32,000 nucleotides of DNA from Alkalilimnicola ehrlichii MLHE-1 (GTDB lineage: Bacteria; Pseudomonadota; Gammaproteobacteria; Nitrococcales; Halorhodospiraceae): assembly GCF_000014785.1 (NCBI RefSeq), contig NC_008340.1, forward strand, positions 540,001 to 572,000, given 5' to 3'. Made by a program: the position numbers and the translations under genes. Below the pieces are notes generated by a model. The model had not been told where the DNA came from. It was given only the letters and a program-made list of their open reading frames with translations, and did no database searches. Of this stretch, positions 17,553-29,243 are shown in pieces. Within the stretch, counting starts at the first letter, position 1. Each line of letters begins with the position of its first letter.

Positions 17553-18716
17553 TTAAAGGGGTTCGGCGCCCTCATTGAGTATGGTGATGTACCGGTCATA
17601 GGCGTAGATGCGATCCCTGCTCCGCCCCGTGATTTCGCGCAGTATCCCAAGCCTTTCGAGTGCAGCCACGGCTCGGGACGCGGTTGGGAAGCTGACTCCG
17701 GCGCGACTGGCCAGGTCATTGATATTGGCCAGGGGACGGGTGCGCAGGGCCTGATAAATGCGGAGCGTGTTAGCGGCCGCCCGCCCAAGTGCTTCGATGC
17801 GCTGCTGATCTTCCGCAAACAGGGCCAGCAGCCGGTGGGCGGTATCGACCGCACCGGTTGCCGTCACCAGCACCCCATCCAGAAAGAAATCCAGCCAGGC
17901 CTCCCAGTCGCCCACGTTTCGGGTCTGGTCAAGCAGACGGTAGTATTCGGCCCGATGCTGTTTGAAGTAGAGGCTCAAGTACAGCAACGGCTGATGCAGC
18001 ACCCCCTCCTGGTGCAGGATGAGCGCAATGAGCAAGCGGCCGATGCGGCCGTTGCCATCCAGAAAGGGGTGGATGGTTTCAAACTGCACATGCGCCAGTG
18101 CCGCCTTTACCAGGGCGGAGAAGGGCAACTCACGGTCGTGAATGAAGCGTTCCAACCCCGCCATGTGGTCCTCGACCTCTTCCCAGGCAGGAGGCACGAA
18201 GTGGGCGTTCCCCGGGCGAGTGCCTCCGATCCAGTTCTGACTGCGTCGAAACGCCCCAGGCTGCCTTTCGGCACCCCGCCCGCGTGAGAGGAGGTGTGCG
18301 TGCATCTCGCGAAGGAGTCGATTGGAGAGCGGAAATCCCTCCCCGATTCGGGCCAAGCCGTGGTCCAGAGCGGCAACGTAGTTGGAAACCTCTACGACAT
18401 CGTGGAAGGGCACCCCCGCAGCCTCCTCCAACTCGAACAGCAGCAGGTCCGAGAACGAGGACTGTGTGCCCTCGATTTGGCTGGAAACCAATGCCTCTCG
18501 GCGGACATAGGCGTACAGGAAAAGGTCGGGTTCCGGCAGCAGCATGGTGATCGCATCCAGCCGACCGCAGGCCAACAACGCCTGTTCATGGAGTCTCGCC
18601 CGGTCCCCGGTTATCTGTGGGCCGGGATCCGGGGGCAGGGGGTAGGGCGCGAAGGTGCGAACCCGTTCGCCACCAATGTGCCGTTCCACGAAGGTTCCAG
18701 CCGGACCACGCTGCAT
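17553..18716 (-). CDS. Fic-family protein (class II, autoinhibited AMPylase type) with a C-terminal winged-helix domain
   Basis: Fic motif HPFLDGNGRIGR. The N-terminal inhibitory-helix motif [ST]xxxE[GN] appears as SSQIEG. The C-terminal INDLASRAGVSFPTASRAVAALERLGIL is wHTH-like. ATG 18716 (MQRGPAGTF...) is preferred over the upstream GTG 18746. Confidence 0.9.
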   Translation of the reverse strand: MQRGPAGTFVERHIGGERVRTFAPYPLPPDPGPQITGDRARLHEQALLACGRLDAITMLLPEPDLFLYAYVRREALVSSQIEGTQSSFSDLLLFELEEAAGVPFHDVVEVSNYVAALDHGLARIGEGFPLSNRLLREMHAHLLSRGRGAERQPGAFRRSQNWIGGTRPGNAHFVPPAWEEVEDHMAGLERFIHDRELPFSALVKAALAHVQFETIHPFLDGNGRIGRLLIALILHQEGVLHQPLLYLSLYFKQHRAEYYRLLDQTRNVGDWEAWLDFFLDGVLVTATGAVDTAHRLLALFAEDQQRIEALGRAAANTLRIYQALRTRPLANINDLASRAGVSFPTASRAVAALERLGILREITGRSRDRIYAYDRYITILNEGAEPL

Positions 18717-18730
18717 TGCTATGCTCGCTC

Positions 18731-18759
18731 GTGATAATAGCCGCACCCGCTATTATCAC
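18731..18759. promoter_or_regulatory. 11-bp perfect palindrome arms GTGATAATAGC-N7-GCTATTATCAC upstream of fic (possible operator)
   Basis: Read directly. It is AT-rich relative to its surroundings and lies 15-43 bp upstream of the preferred fic start on the minus strand. Confidence 0.35.
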
Positions 18760-18860
18760 TTCATGCGTTATGTGTTAGCAAAGGGGCCGAATGGTGACGC
18801 CAAAGGCGCTCCCTTCGCGATCTGTGTGGGTGGTGGGCGCCAGGGCGGCGACGGCATGAT

Positions 18861-18895
18861 CGCGCTCAGCAGTCGCCGATCCGCTCCCCCACGAT
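18861..18895. repeat. Direct repeat copy B (within the functional 3' end of the DUF3617 gene)
   Basis: CGCGCTCAGCAGTCGCCGATCCGCTCCCCCACGAT, with 33/35 identity to 17478-17512. Confidence 0.85.
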
Positions 18896-19288
18896 CTCCA
18901 TGCGCATCTTCATCTCGCCCATGGGGGTCTCGAAGTCCCCGGTCATCTCGCCCTCCATGCGGTCGCCCATCATGCGCATGTGCATGTCCATCTCCATGGT
19001 GCCGCCTTGCGGGTCGGCGCACTGCAGCCGGTAGGTGACCTCGTCGCTGCTGATGGACTGGTCGATGACCTCACAGCCCTCCGCATCGTGCAGTTGGATG
19101 CCCTCGTCCAGGTCCTCCTCTGTGATGCACTCCTGCGTGGTCTCGATGTGGTCGGGCATGGCGTACTCACCCTCCATGGTGGTGGTGCTGGTGTGTTCCC
19201 AAAGCCCCGGTTCCACGTTGGGGCGGTCAGCCCAGGCCAGGGCGGGCAGGGCGATCAGGATCGCGGCGGGCAGAGCGAAACGCATCAT
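18866..19288 (-). CDS. DUF3617-family secreted protein
   Basis: Signal peptide MMRFALPAAILIALPALAWA, a PGLWEHT motif near the mature N-terminus, conserved Cys pairs and a Met-rich C-terminal half. Confidence 0.7.
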   Translation of the reverse strand: MMRFALPAAILIALPALAWADRPNVEPGLWEHTSTTTMEGEYAMPDHIETTQECITEEDLDEGIQLHDAEGCEVIDQSISSDEVTYRLQCADPQGGTMEMDMHMRMMGDRMEGEMTGDFETPMGEMKMRMEIVGERIGDC

Positions 19289-19416
19289 GGTCTGTCTCCT
19301 AAATGTGTGCGGTTGATTGCCGGTGGTCGCTCAACAGTACCGGGATCCACCGCAGGTTCAACCTGAAAAGGTTTCCGTCTAAGGGTAGTGGGTCGGGCCC
19401 GCGCTGTCAGGCTGGG

Positions 19417-20226
19417 TCAGTCGCCGGTGATGGCGTCGATGCCCCGGGACAGCCGTGCCCGGCTCAGCTCGCCCAGGTGGCTGTCGATCACCCGGCCCTC
19501 GGCGTCGATGAACAGGGTGGTGGGCAGGGCTCCCGAGCCGTAATGGGCTGAGAGCCCCGAGCGGGGGTCCAGCAGGACGTGGTCCAGGGGGCTGTCCAGT
19601 TCATCGAGAAAGGTGCGGATGGTGTCGGCTGTCTCCCCTTGGTTGACCAGCAGGATGGTGACATCGTCCCGTGCCTGCTGCACCGCGCTGAGCACGGGCA
19701 TCTCGCGCCGGCAGGGCGGGCACCAACTGGCCCATAGGTTGATGACCAGGGGGCCGTCCCGATAGTCGGCGAGCGGCTGCGGCTGGCCGTCCAGGGTCTG
19801 CAGATGGGCCTCCGGCAGGGCGGGCGGCTCGGGACTGAGCTGCTGCACCGCGGCCATCCCCGCGCCCCAGGTGAGCAGGCCACCGACCAGCGCTCCGATC
19901 AGCGCCGGGCGCTGGAGGGGGCGGCGCAGGGCGTAGAACCCGCCGACGCCGGCGATGGCGACGACGGCCGCCACCGGCGAAAAACCACCGTCAGCGATGT
20001 TGATGAAGCTGAGCGGGGCGGCCAGGTAGTCGTTCCGGTACTGGAGCACGAAGCCCAGGCGCCCGGCGATGAGCGCGATCAGGCCGGTGACCAGCAGCGG
20101 ACCATCGGCGTTACCGCCCTGGCGCCGGCCGATGAGCCAGCTCAGCAGCAGGGCCGCCAGCAGGGCGACGAGCAGCGGAAGGCGGTCCAGGGGCAGGGCC
20201 AGTGGCCCCAGATTGACTGACATCAT
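19417..20226 (-). CDS. TlpA-like thiol:disulfide oxidoreductase with an N-terminal multi-TM domain
   Basis: Thioredoxin CxxC motif NLWASWCPPCRREMP. The hydrophobic N-terminal half starts at ATGATG 20226. The Arg/Pro/Ala-rich extension up to 20733 was rejected. Confidence 0.8.
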   Translation of the reverse strand: MMSVNLGPLALPLDRLPLLVALLAALLLSWLIGRRQGGNADGPLLVTGLIALIAGRLGFVLQYRNDYLAAPLSFINIADGGFSPVAAVVAIAGVGGFYALRRPLQRPALIGALVGGLLTWGAGMAAVQQLSPEPPALPEAHLQTLDGQPQPLADYRDGPLVINLWASWCPPCRREMPVLSAVQQARDDVTILLVNQGETADTIRTFLDELDSPLDHVLLDPRSGLSAHYGSGALPTTLFIDAEGRVIDSHLGELSRARLSRGIDAITGD

Positions 20227-20338
20227 CACGCTAGAATCCGGTTGAGGGGTTGCAGGTGGCACCGGTGGCCGCCGTCGATACTGTACCAGAGTGCCCGCGG
20301 CCGCTCGGGGTTCCCGCTGCCGCGGACAGGGAGGCGTC

Positions 20339-20887
20339 ATGGATGAAGAGACACCCGCCACGACCCGGCACCGGGTCTTTTTTGCGCTGTGGCCGGACGA
20401 GGCCTTGCGCGATGGCCTGGCCCGCCTGGCCCGCAGCCTGCGCGGCGGGCGCCCGGTGCCCCGCGGCCACCTGCACCTCACCCTGGCCTTTGCCGGCCTG
20501 GTGACCGCGGAGCAGGTGGCTTGCCTGCAGCGGGCCGCCGCTGGGGTGCGTGCACCGGCCTTTACGTTGCGGCTGCAGACCCTCGGCGGCTTTGCCCGGG
20601 CCCGGGTGGCCCATGTGGCGCCGGATGAGCAGGACCTGCCCCCTGCGCTGCCGGAACTGGCCGGGCAGCTGAATCGGGCACTGGTCGCTTGCGGCGTGCC
20701 GGCGGAGCGCCGGGGCTTTCGCCCGCACGTCACCCTGCGCCGTGACGCCCGCCCGCCGCGTCCCCGATCGGTCAGCCTGCCGGAGTGGTCGGTGGACCGT
20801 TTCGTGCTGGTGGAATCGGGTGACCGGGGGCGGCCCGGGCCTTACCGGGTGCTGGCCGAATGGCTGCTGCAGCGGTCCACGGAATGA
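20339..20887 (+). CDS. thpR: RNA 2',3'-cyclic phosphodiesterase (2H family, ThpR/LigT)
   Basis: Two HxT motifs (HLHLTLAF and RPHVTLRR) with the usual spacing. The start is taken at MDEETPATTRHRVFFALWP. Confidence 0.8.
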   Translation: MDEETPATTRHRVFFALWPDEALRDGLARLARSLRGGRPVPRGHLHLTLAFAGLVTAEQVACLQRAAAGVRAPAFTLRLQTLGGFARARVAHVAPDEQDLPPALPELAGQLNRALVACGVPAERRGFRPHVTLRRDARPPRPRSVSLPEWSVDRFVLVESGDRGRPGPYRVLAEWLLQRSTE

Positions 20888-21020
20888 TCACCGGGCCGGT
20901 TGATGATCGCAGACACCGTAGCCTGTTATCCTTGCAGCTGGTTTGACCATATGACCAGATTGCCACCTGACCCGGTAGCCCGGTCAGGACCGATCCCAAG
21001 ACAAGGTGGAGGAGGACAAC

Positions 21021-21485
21021 ATGCCTGCAGACGTTTATCGCTTGAAGGTCAGCCTGCCGCTGGAGCAGGCCCGTAAGATCATCGCCGGGGCACTGGCCAA
21101 GGGCCGGGAACTGGCCCTGCAGCCGCTGACGGTGGTGGTGCTGGATGCCGGTGGGCACGTGGTGGCGGCGGAGCGAGAGGATGGCTCCGGCAACGTGCGC
21201 TTTGAGGTGGCGCGGGGCAAGGCCGGCGCGGCGCTGGGCATTGGCATCGGCAGCGGCACGGTGGGGGCGCGCAACCAGGGGCGGGACGCCTTTCTGGCGG
21301 CGGTGGCCACCGCCTCCGGGGGCCAGGCGGTGCCGGTCCCGGGGGGTGTGCTGGTGCTGGACGACCAGGCGCAGATCATCGGTGCGGTGGGGGTGAGCGG
21401 TGATGCCTCGCCGGAGGATGAGAAGGCCGCCATCGCGGGTATCGAGGCCGCGGGTCTGGCCCCGGGGATTGATCCGGCCGCCTGA
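21021..21485 (+). CDS. GlcG/HbpS-like (DUF336) haem-binding protein
   Basis: GGAGGAGGA RBS before ATG 21021. The family-typical sequences VVVLDAGGHVVAAEREDG and GGVLVLDDQAQIIGAVGVSGDASPEDEKAA are present. Confidence 0.8.
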   Translation: MPADVYRLKVSLPLEQARKIIAGALAKGRELALQPLTVVVLDAGGHVVAAEREDGSGNVRFEVARGKAGAALGIGIGSGTVGARNQGRDAFLAAVATASGGQAVPVPGGVLVLDDQAQIIGAVGVSGDASPEDEKAAIAGIEAAGLAPGIDPAA

Positions 21486-21531
21486 TGCCGGTCGGCCCCG
21501 CCGCCGGCAATGGCCCGGCGGCGGGGCCCCG

Positions 21532-22266
21532 TTACATCGGCTCCATCCCTTCCAGGCGGTCCAGCGTCATCCGGAAGGTGGTGCCGTCGGACTCCACATG
21601 CTCCACCCGCACCGGCAGGTAGTGCAGCTCCGGTGCCGACCAGACCCGGGTCTCCCGGCTGCTGCCCTCACGAACGCGCACGTAACGGATGGTCTCGTAG
21701 GTCCCTACGGGGGTCTCGACGGTCTCCTCGCCGGTGAGGCGGAACTGGTATTCATCGATATCGCCGTCGTCGGCCACCCGGTAGGTCCTATCGCCGGTCC
21801 GGCCGCGCGCCAGGTCCTGCATCAGCGCCATGGTGGTCACCACCCGGTCCTTCACGCCATCGGACAGGTCCACCTCCCAGTCACCGGCCTTGTCCCGGGC
21901 CTTGCCGGCGGCCCAGTCGAACAGCAGGGTCTCCTGCTCGTTGCGCCGGCCGCTGCGCTGGTAGTGGTAGCGCTCCGGGCGAAACTGATCACCATTGATG
22001 GTGCCTTCGCTGACCTCCTTGGTCTCGTCGCGGTAGGCCATGCGGATGATGCCGCGCGGACGCGTGGCGACCTCGAAACGGTAGCGGTCGGCCTCGGGGC
22101 GCTCAAAGCGGAACCAGCCCTCGCCCACCGTGAAGGCGCCCATATGCACCCGGTACTGCGCCGCGAAGGGCGGCAGCTCGCCGGTGGCGGCCTGTTCGCC
22201 CGCCAGCCCGGCGTGCCAGGGTGACAGGGCCAGTCCCAACCCGATTGCCAGCAACACTCGGCGCAT
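21532..22266 (-). CDS. DUF3108-family periplasmic protein
   Basis: It has a signal peptide and a beta-rich sequence. Its conserved position next to purN in gammaproteobacteria is recalled from memory. Confidence 0.7.
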   Translation of the reverse strand: MRRVLLAIGLGLALSPWHAGLAGEQAATGELPPFAAQYRVHMGAFTVGEGWFRFERPEADRYRFEVATRPRGIIRMAYRDETKEVSEGTINGDQFRPERYHYQRSGRRNEQETLLFDWAAGKARDKAGDWEVDLSDGVKDRVVTTMALMQDLARGRTGDRTYRVADDGDIDEYQFRLTGEETVETPVGTYETIRYVRVREGSSRETRVWSAPELHYLPVRVEHVESDGTTFRMTLDRLEGMEPM

Positions 22267-22303
22267 GTCGTCTAAGCCTCCTTGGGTCGGGGATGCCCCC
22301 GCC

Positions 22304-22984
22304 CTACAGGGTTTCCACCCGGGTGTCCGCGGTGATTCGCGGGGTTTGCTCCAGCGGCCGGCCGTCCATCCAGGTGCGGCCCTCCCGCATGCAGACCCGG
22401 CCCTCGGCCAGCCAGCGCACCGCCAGCGGGTAGATGCGATGCTCCTGGATCTGGACCCGGCGGGCCAGTGTCTCCGGGGTGTCGTCGGGCCACACCGGGA
22501 CCTCCGCCTGCACGATCAGCGGCCCGGCATCCAACTCCGGTATGACGAAGTGGACGCTGCAGCCATGCACTTGGACCGCGGATTCCAGCGCGCGTTCATG
22601 GGTGTGCAGGCCGCGGAAGTCGGGGAGCAGGGAAGGGTGGATGTTGATCAGCCGCCCCAGGTAGTGGGTGACGAAGGCGTCGGACAGGATGCGCATGAAC
22701 CCGGCCAGGATCACCAGCCCCGGTTCATGGCGGTCGATCACCTCGGCCAGTGCCCGATCGTAACTGGCCCGGTCGTCGAATCCGCGGTGGGAGAGCACCT
22801 CGCCGGGGATGCCCGCCGCGCGGGCCCGTTCCAGGCCGTAGGCGTCGGCCCTGTTGCTGATCACCGCCCGGATGTCGATGGGCAGCTCACCACGGGCCTG
22901 GCCATCGATGAAGGCCTGCAGGTTGCTGCCGCTGCCGGAGATCAGCACCACCACCGGCAGCGGCTGTCGCGGTGCCTCGCTCAT
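22304..22984 (-). CDS. purN: Phosphoribosylglycinamide formyltransferase
   Basis: [22 protein letters not shown] and GCSVHFV..ELDAGP motifs. Overlaps the purM stop. Confidence 0.92.
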   Translation of the reverse strand: MSEAPRQPLPVVVLISGSGSNLQAFIDGQARGELPIDIRAVISNRADAYGLERARAAGIPGEVLSHRGFDDRASYDRALAEVIDRHEPGLVILAGFMRILSDAFVTHYLGRLINIHPSLLPDFRGLHTHERALESAVQVHGCSVHFVIPELDAGPLIVQAEVPVWPDDTPETLARRVQIQEHRIYPLAVRWLAEGRVCMREGRTWMDGRPLEQTPRITADTRVETL

Positions 22985-24024
22985 GCCGCCACCACCTGGA
23001 CCCGCGGCGCCCCGGCCTCGTGCGTGCCGATCTCGCCGAGCCGCCAGGCCGTCTCGCCGGTCTGGCGGAGGCGTTGCAGTGCGGCGTCCGCCTGCTCGGC
23101 CGGCACCACCAGCACCATGCCCACGCCGCAGTTGAAGGTGCGCAGCATCTCCGCCTCGGCGATCTGACCGGTCTGCTGCAGCCAGCGGAAGACGGGCGGC
23201 CAGCTCCAGGGTTGCAGCTTGGCGCCCAGGCCCTCGGGCAGCACCCGGGGCAGGTTCTCCGGCAGGCCACCCCCGGTGATGTGGGCCATGGCATGCACCG
23301 GCAGATTGCGGATCAGGTCCAGCACCGGCTTGGCGTAGATCCGGGTCGGGGCCATCAGCAGGTCCGCCACCGGCTGGCCGTCCACCTCGGTGGCGGCGCC
23401 TTCCGGGGCGCGCTCCAGCACCTTGCGGATCAGCGAGTAGCCGTTGGAGTGGGGCCCGGAGGCGGCCAGGGCGATCAGCGCGTCACCGGCGCCGACGCGG
23501 CTGCCGTCGATGATCTCGTCCTTTTCCACCACCCCGACGCAGAAGCCGGCCAGGTCGTAGTGGCCCTCGGCATACATGCCGGGCATCTCCGCCGTCTCGC
23601 CGCCGATCAGCGCCGCGCCGGCCTGGTGGCAGCCCTCGGCGATGCCGCGGATCACCGCCGCGGCCACCTCCACGTCCAGCCGGCCGGTGGCGTAGTAATC
23701 GAGGAAGTAGAGCGGTTCGGCGCCGGTGACCAGCACATCGTTGGCGCACATGGCCACCAGGTCGATGCCGATGCCGTCGTGCCGGCCGGTCTCGATGGCC
23801 AGCTTCAGTTTGGTGCCCACGCCGTCGGTGCCGGAGACCAGCACCGGGCGGCGGTAGCGGTCCACCGGCACCTCGAACAGCCCGCCGAAACCGCCCAGGC
23901 CGCCCAGCACCCCGGGCCGCATGGTACGCTTGACGTCGTCGCGGATGCGATCGACCAGTTCGTTGCCAGCGTCGATGTCGACGCCGGCCGCCTTGTAGGT
24001 GAGGCCTTCCTGATCCGGACCCAC
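22981..24024 (-). CDS. purM: Phosphoribosylformylglycinamidine cyclo-ligase (AIR synthetase)
   Basis: Collinear with E. coli PurM: [37 protein letters not shown] and [13 protein letters not shown] 24024 gives 348 aa. The longer 412-aa ORF has no PurM-like N-terminus. Confidence 0.92.
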   Translation of the reverse strand: MGPDQEGLTYKAAGVDIDAGNELVDRIRDDVKRTMRPGVLGGLGGFGGLFEVPVDRYRRPVLVSGTDGVGTKLKLAIETGRHDGIGIDLVAMCANDVLVTGAEPLYFLDYYATGRLDVEVAAAVIRGIAEGCHQAGAALIGGETAEMPGMYAEGHYDLAGFCVGVVEKDEIIDGSRVGAGDALIALAASGPHSNGYSLIRKVLERAPEGAATEVDGQPVADLLMAPTRIYAKPVLDLIRNLPVHAMAHITGGGLPENLPRVLPEGLGAKLQPWSWPPVFRWLQQTGQIAEAEMLRTFNCGVGMVLVVPAEQADAALQRLRQTGETAWRLGEIGTHEAGAPRVQVVAA

Positions 24025-24154
24025 TTGCAACTCCCCCGGGGCTCGATAGTCAAATGAACCCGATATGGTAGCGATCCGGTGGTCCGAAATATAGCCCGGC
24101 CGGCTGATGTTACCGGCGATGTCCCTTTGGCCGGTGGTCTGGAGAGTGTGAGCG

Positions 24155-25189
24155 ATGCGAGTTCTGCCCCTGATGATGCTCCTGGCGGTGTTGGCGTGGG
24201 CCATGCCGGCCGGTGCCAATCCCTTTTACACCGTGGAAGTGGCGGTGGAGACCCGCGATGAGGACGACCGGGCCACGGCCCTGGCGGTAGCGCTGGACCG
24301 GCTCCTGCAGCGGATAACCGGCGCCGACGAGCCGGCCCAGGCCCGCGGTCTGGCGGAGTTGCTGGACGCCCCCGAGCGGCTGCTGGCCGGTTACGCCTAC
24401 CGTGGCGAGGCCGGTGACGACCTGCGGTTGCAGGCGCGCTTCGACCCGGAGGCCCTGCGCGGTGCCCTGTCCGATTACACCGGTGCGGTCTGGCTGGGGG
24501 AGGGCGCACGGCTGATCGTCTGGGCCGGCGAGGAGGTGGGCGCATCGCGTGAGCTGGTCGGCGAGGGCAGTGACGGGGCGCTGGCGGAGGTCGTCCGCGC
24601 AGAGGCGACGGGGGCAGGCCTGACGCCGCTGTTGCCGCTGCTGGACCTGGAGGATCGCCGCGGGCTCAGCTACAGCCATGTCTGGGCCGGATTCACCGAC
24701 CGCATTGCCGAGGCCAGTGAGCGCTATGGGCGCCATCCCGCCCTGGCCCTGGGGCTGCGCCAGCGCGGCGATGACGACTGGGAGGGGCGTTGGGTGCTGC
24801 TCGATGGCCGCACCCTGGCGGAGGATCGGGCGCGGGCGGAGAGCCGGGAGGCCCTGGTGGCGCAGGCGATGCAGGATGCCGTGCGCACCCTGGCCCGCCA
24901 GCGCGGCGTTTCCCTGGGCGGCGACGCCGAGGCGACCCTCGGCATACAGGTGGCCATCGACAGCCTGGGGGCCTATGCCGCGGTGCTGGAGTACCTGGAG
25001 GGGCTGCCCGAGGTGCGCGAGGCGCGCCTGCAGGGGGCCCGCGGCGGCGATCTGGCCCTGGAGCTCGACCTGGCCGTGCCCGCCGAACGGGCGTTGGGCG
25101 CGTTGGAGCAGTCCCGGCGGTTGAGCCTGGAGCAGCGGGCGGGTGATGGCGAGAATGGCACGCCGCCGCGGTACCGCTGGGTCCAGTGA
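24155..25189 (+). CDS. DUF2066-family secreted protein
   Basis: Signal peptide [21 protein letters not shown] followed by [10 protein letters not shown]. It occupies the conserved purM-hda intergenic slot of gammaproteobacteria (memory). Confidence 0.7.
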   Translation: MRVLPLMMLLAVLAWAMPAGANPFYTVEVAVETRDEDDRATALAVALDRLLQRITGADEPAQARGLAELLDAPERLLAGYAYRGEAGDDLRLQARFDPEALRGALSDYTGAVWLGEGARLIVWAGEEVGASRELVGEGSDGALAEVVRAEATGAGLTPLLPLLDLEDRRGLSYSHVWAGFTDRIAEASERYGRHPALALGLRQRGDDDWEGRWVLLDGRTLAEDRARAESREALVAQAMQDAVRTLARQRGVSLGGDAEATLGIQVAIDSLGAYAAVLEYLEGLPEVREARLQGARGGDLALELDLAVPAERALGALEQSRRLSLEQRAGDGENGTPPRYRWVQ

Positions 25190-25258
25190 CGCCGCGGTGG
25201 CGCTCCGCCCCGCCGAGTCCCGGCCCCCACGCTGCCGCGCACGGGCGTGGGGCGGCCC

Positions 25259-25287
25259 TTGACACCCCAGCGGCCAGGGGGTGCAAT
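25259..25287 (+). promoter_or_regulatory. Sigma70-like promoter candidate for hda
   Basis: A perfect -35 TTGACA (25259-25264), a 17-nt spacer and a -10 TGCAAT (25282-25287), 26 nt before the hda ATG. Confidence 0.4.
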
Positions 25288-25313
25288 GCGGGCCTCTCCC
25301 CAGCAGGCGCGAC

Positions 25314-26051
25314 ATGGTAGCAGACTCCGACAACACATCCGCCCCGCCGGTGCAGCAGTTGGCCCTGGATATCCGCTGGACGGATATCGCCAGCCTGGAC
25401 TCCTTCGTCGCCGGCGCCAACCAGCAGGCCCTGGACGCGGTCCGGCGTGCCGCCATGGGGTTCGGCGATCGGCTGCTGTTCCTCTACGGTCAGGGGCCGG
25501 TGGGCAAGAGCCACCTGCTGCAGGCGGCCTGCCGCGAGGCCGGTGAGCGGGGGTTCAAGGCCGCCTACCTGCCGTTAAACGAGTTCCAGGGGATGCCGCC
25601 CGGCTCCGTGCTCGCCGGTATGGAGAGCATGGACCTGTTGGCACTGGATGACTTGCAGGTGCTGGCCGGCGAGGCGGACTGGGAGGAGCACTTCTTCTAC
25701 CTGTTCAACCGCACCCGGGCCAGCGGCGGGCATATGATCCTCAGCGCGGACCGCCGCCCCGTCGATCTCTCCCTGGTGCTGCCGGATTTGGCCTCGCGGC
25801 TGCAGTGGGGACTGACCCTGCGCCTGGAGCCCCTGGACGATGTCGGCAAGTTGCAGGGGCTCCAGGCCCGGGCCGCGGCCCGGGGGCTGGAATTGCCCGA
25901 TGACACCGGCCGTTTCCTGCTCAGTCGCTACGCCCGGGACCTGGGCGGCCTGTTTCAGCTGCTCGACCGGCTCGACGGCGCCTCACTGGCGGCCCAGCGG
26001 CGGCTCACCATCCCCTTCGTGCGGCAGGTGCTGGGCGGCGACGAGGGCTGA
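25314..26051 (+). CDS. hda: DnaA regulatory inactivator Hda
   Basis: AAA+ Walker A-like YGQGPVGKSHLLQA, Walker B LALDDLQ, and the QLxL clamp-binding-like QQLALDI near the N-terminus. About 245 aa. Confidence 0.85.
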   Translation: MVADSDNTSAPPVQQLALDIRWTDIASLDSFVAGANQQALDAVRRAAMGFGDRLLFLYGQGPVGKSHLLQAACREAGERGFKAAYLPLNEFQGMPPGSVLAGMESMDLLALDDLQVLAGEADWEEHFFYLFNRTRASGGHMILSADRRPVDLSLVLPDLASRLQWGLTLRLEPLDDVGKLQGLQARAAARGLELPDDTGRFLLSRYARDLGGLFQLLDRLDGASLAAQRRLTIPFVRQVLGGDEG

Positions 26052-28523
<2,472 letters not shown>

Positions 28524-28527
<4 letters not shown>

Positions 28528-28793
28528 ACGAGAGCAGGCGTTTTTTGGTATCCGGGACCGTTCAGGGGGTCTTTTTTCGCTCCAGCGCCAAGCGGCATGC
28601 GGAGCAGTTGGGGCTTAGCGGGTATGCCCGCAATCTGGTGGATGGGCGCGTCGAGGTCCTGGCCCACGGCCCCACCGATGCGTTGGATGAACTGGCCAAG
28701 TGGCTGGAGGAGGGGCCGCCCAACGCCCAGGTGACGGGGGTGGAGGTGTCGGCGGTGGGTGAGCAGCCGCCGGAAGGGTTCCGGGTGCTGTAA
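28524..28793 (+). CDS. acyP: Acylphosphatase
   Basis: 89 aa with the signature VSGTVQGVFFRSSAKRHAEQLGLSGYARN..DGRVEV. Confidence 0.88.
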
Positions 28794-28904
28794 ACCACCT
28801 TTCGGGCAATCTTCCCGAGCTGTGCTAAACAGAAGGTAGAGCAAAACAAAGGGTTTTGGGGGCCGACGGCCCACCAACCCATACTCGCACCGAGGGGGAG
28901 GCTT

Positions 28905-29243
28905 ATGCCCACTATCCGAACCATGGCGGCCGGGGTTGCCCTGGCCGCCGCCATGCTGGCCGGCCCCGTCCAGGCCGGCGACCCGGTGGCCGGCGCGCTG
29001 AAGGCCGACACCTGTATGGGCTGCCACGGGGTGCCCGGGCAACGCAACGTTTACCCGAGCTACCACGTGCCGAAACTGGGCGGCCAGCATGCCCAGTACC
29101 TGGTGGATGCCCTGAGGGCCTTCCGCGAGGGGCTGCGCGATCATCCCACCATGAACGCCCAGGCGCGCAGCCTGAGCGAGGGCGACATAGAGGATATCGC
29201 GGCCTTCTTTGCAGCCAGTGAACCGGGTTCCAGGGGGCGTTGA
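28905..29243 (+). CDS. Monohaem class I cytochrome c (c4-half/c-55x-like)
   Basis: Signal peptide, CMGCH haem motif, GGQHAQYLVDALRAFREG...MN distal-Met region, GAGGGGGAGG RBS. Confidence 0.8.
   Translation: MPTIRTMAAGVALAAAMLAGPVQAGDPVAGALKADTCMGCHGVPGQRNVYPSYHVPKLGGQHAQYLVDALRAFREGLRDHPTMNAQARSLSEGDIEDIAAFFAASEPGSRGR

Larger units (their letters stand above)
17478..18895. mobile_element. Direct-repeat-bounded insertion module carrying only fic (att-like footprint; no recombinase inside)
   Basis: 35-bp direct repeats at both ends. The cargo is a single minus-strand gene. The module sits at the junction between accessory and core gene content. Confidence 0.4.

Noticed and set aside
20227-20733. 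N-terminal 170-aa extension of the TlpA-like ORF (ORF track 19417..20733)
   Set aside because: The extension is Arg/Ala/Pro-rich, overlaps the divergent thpR gene, and precedes a natural ATGATG start followed by a membrane domain.
22130-24057. 345-aa and 361-aa plus-strand ORFs opposite purN and purM
   Set aside because: purN and purM on the minus strand align collinearly with E. coli enzymes, so the plus-strand ORFs are shadows.
24025-24219. N-terminal extension of purM to 412 aa
   Set aside because: There is no PurM homology upstream of [21 protein letters not shown], and GTG 24024 gives the canonical length of about 348 aa.
24110-25514. 448-aa and 273-aa minus-strand ORFs opposite the DUF2066 gene and hda
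   Set aside because: These are shadow ORFs. The plus-strand genes have a signal peptide and AAA+ motifs respectively, and conserved synteny.
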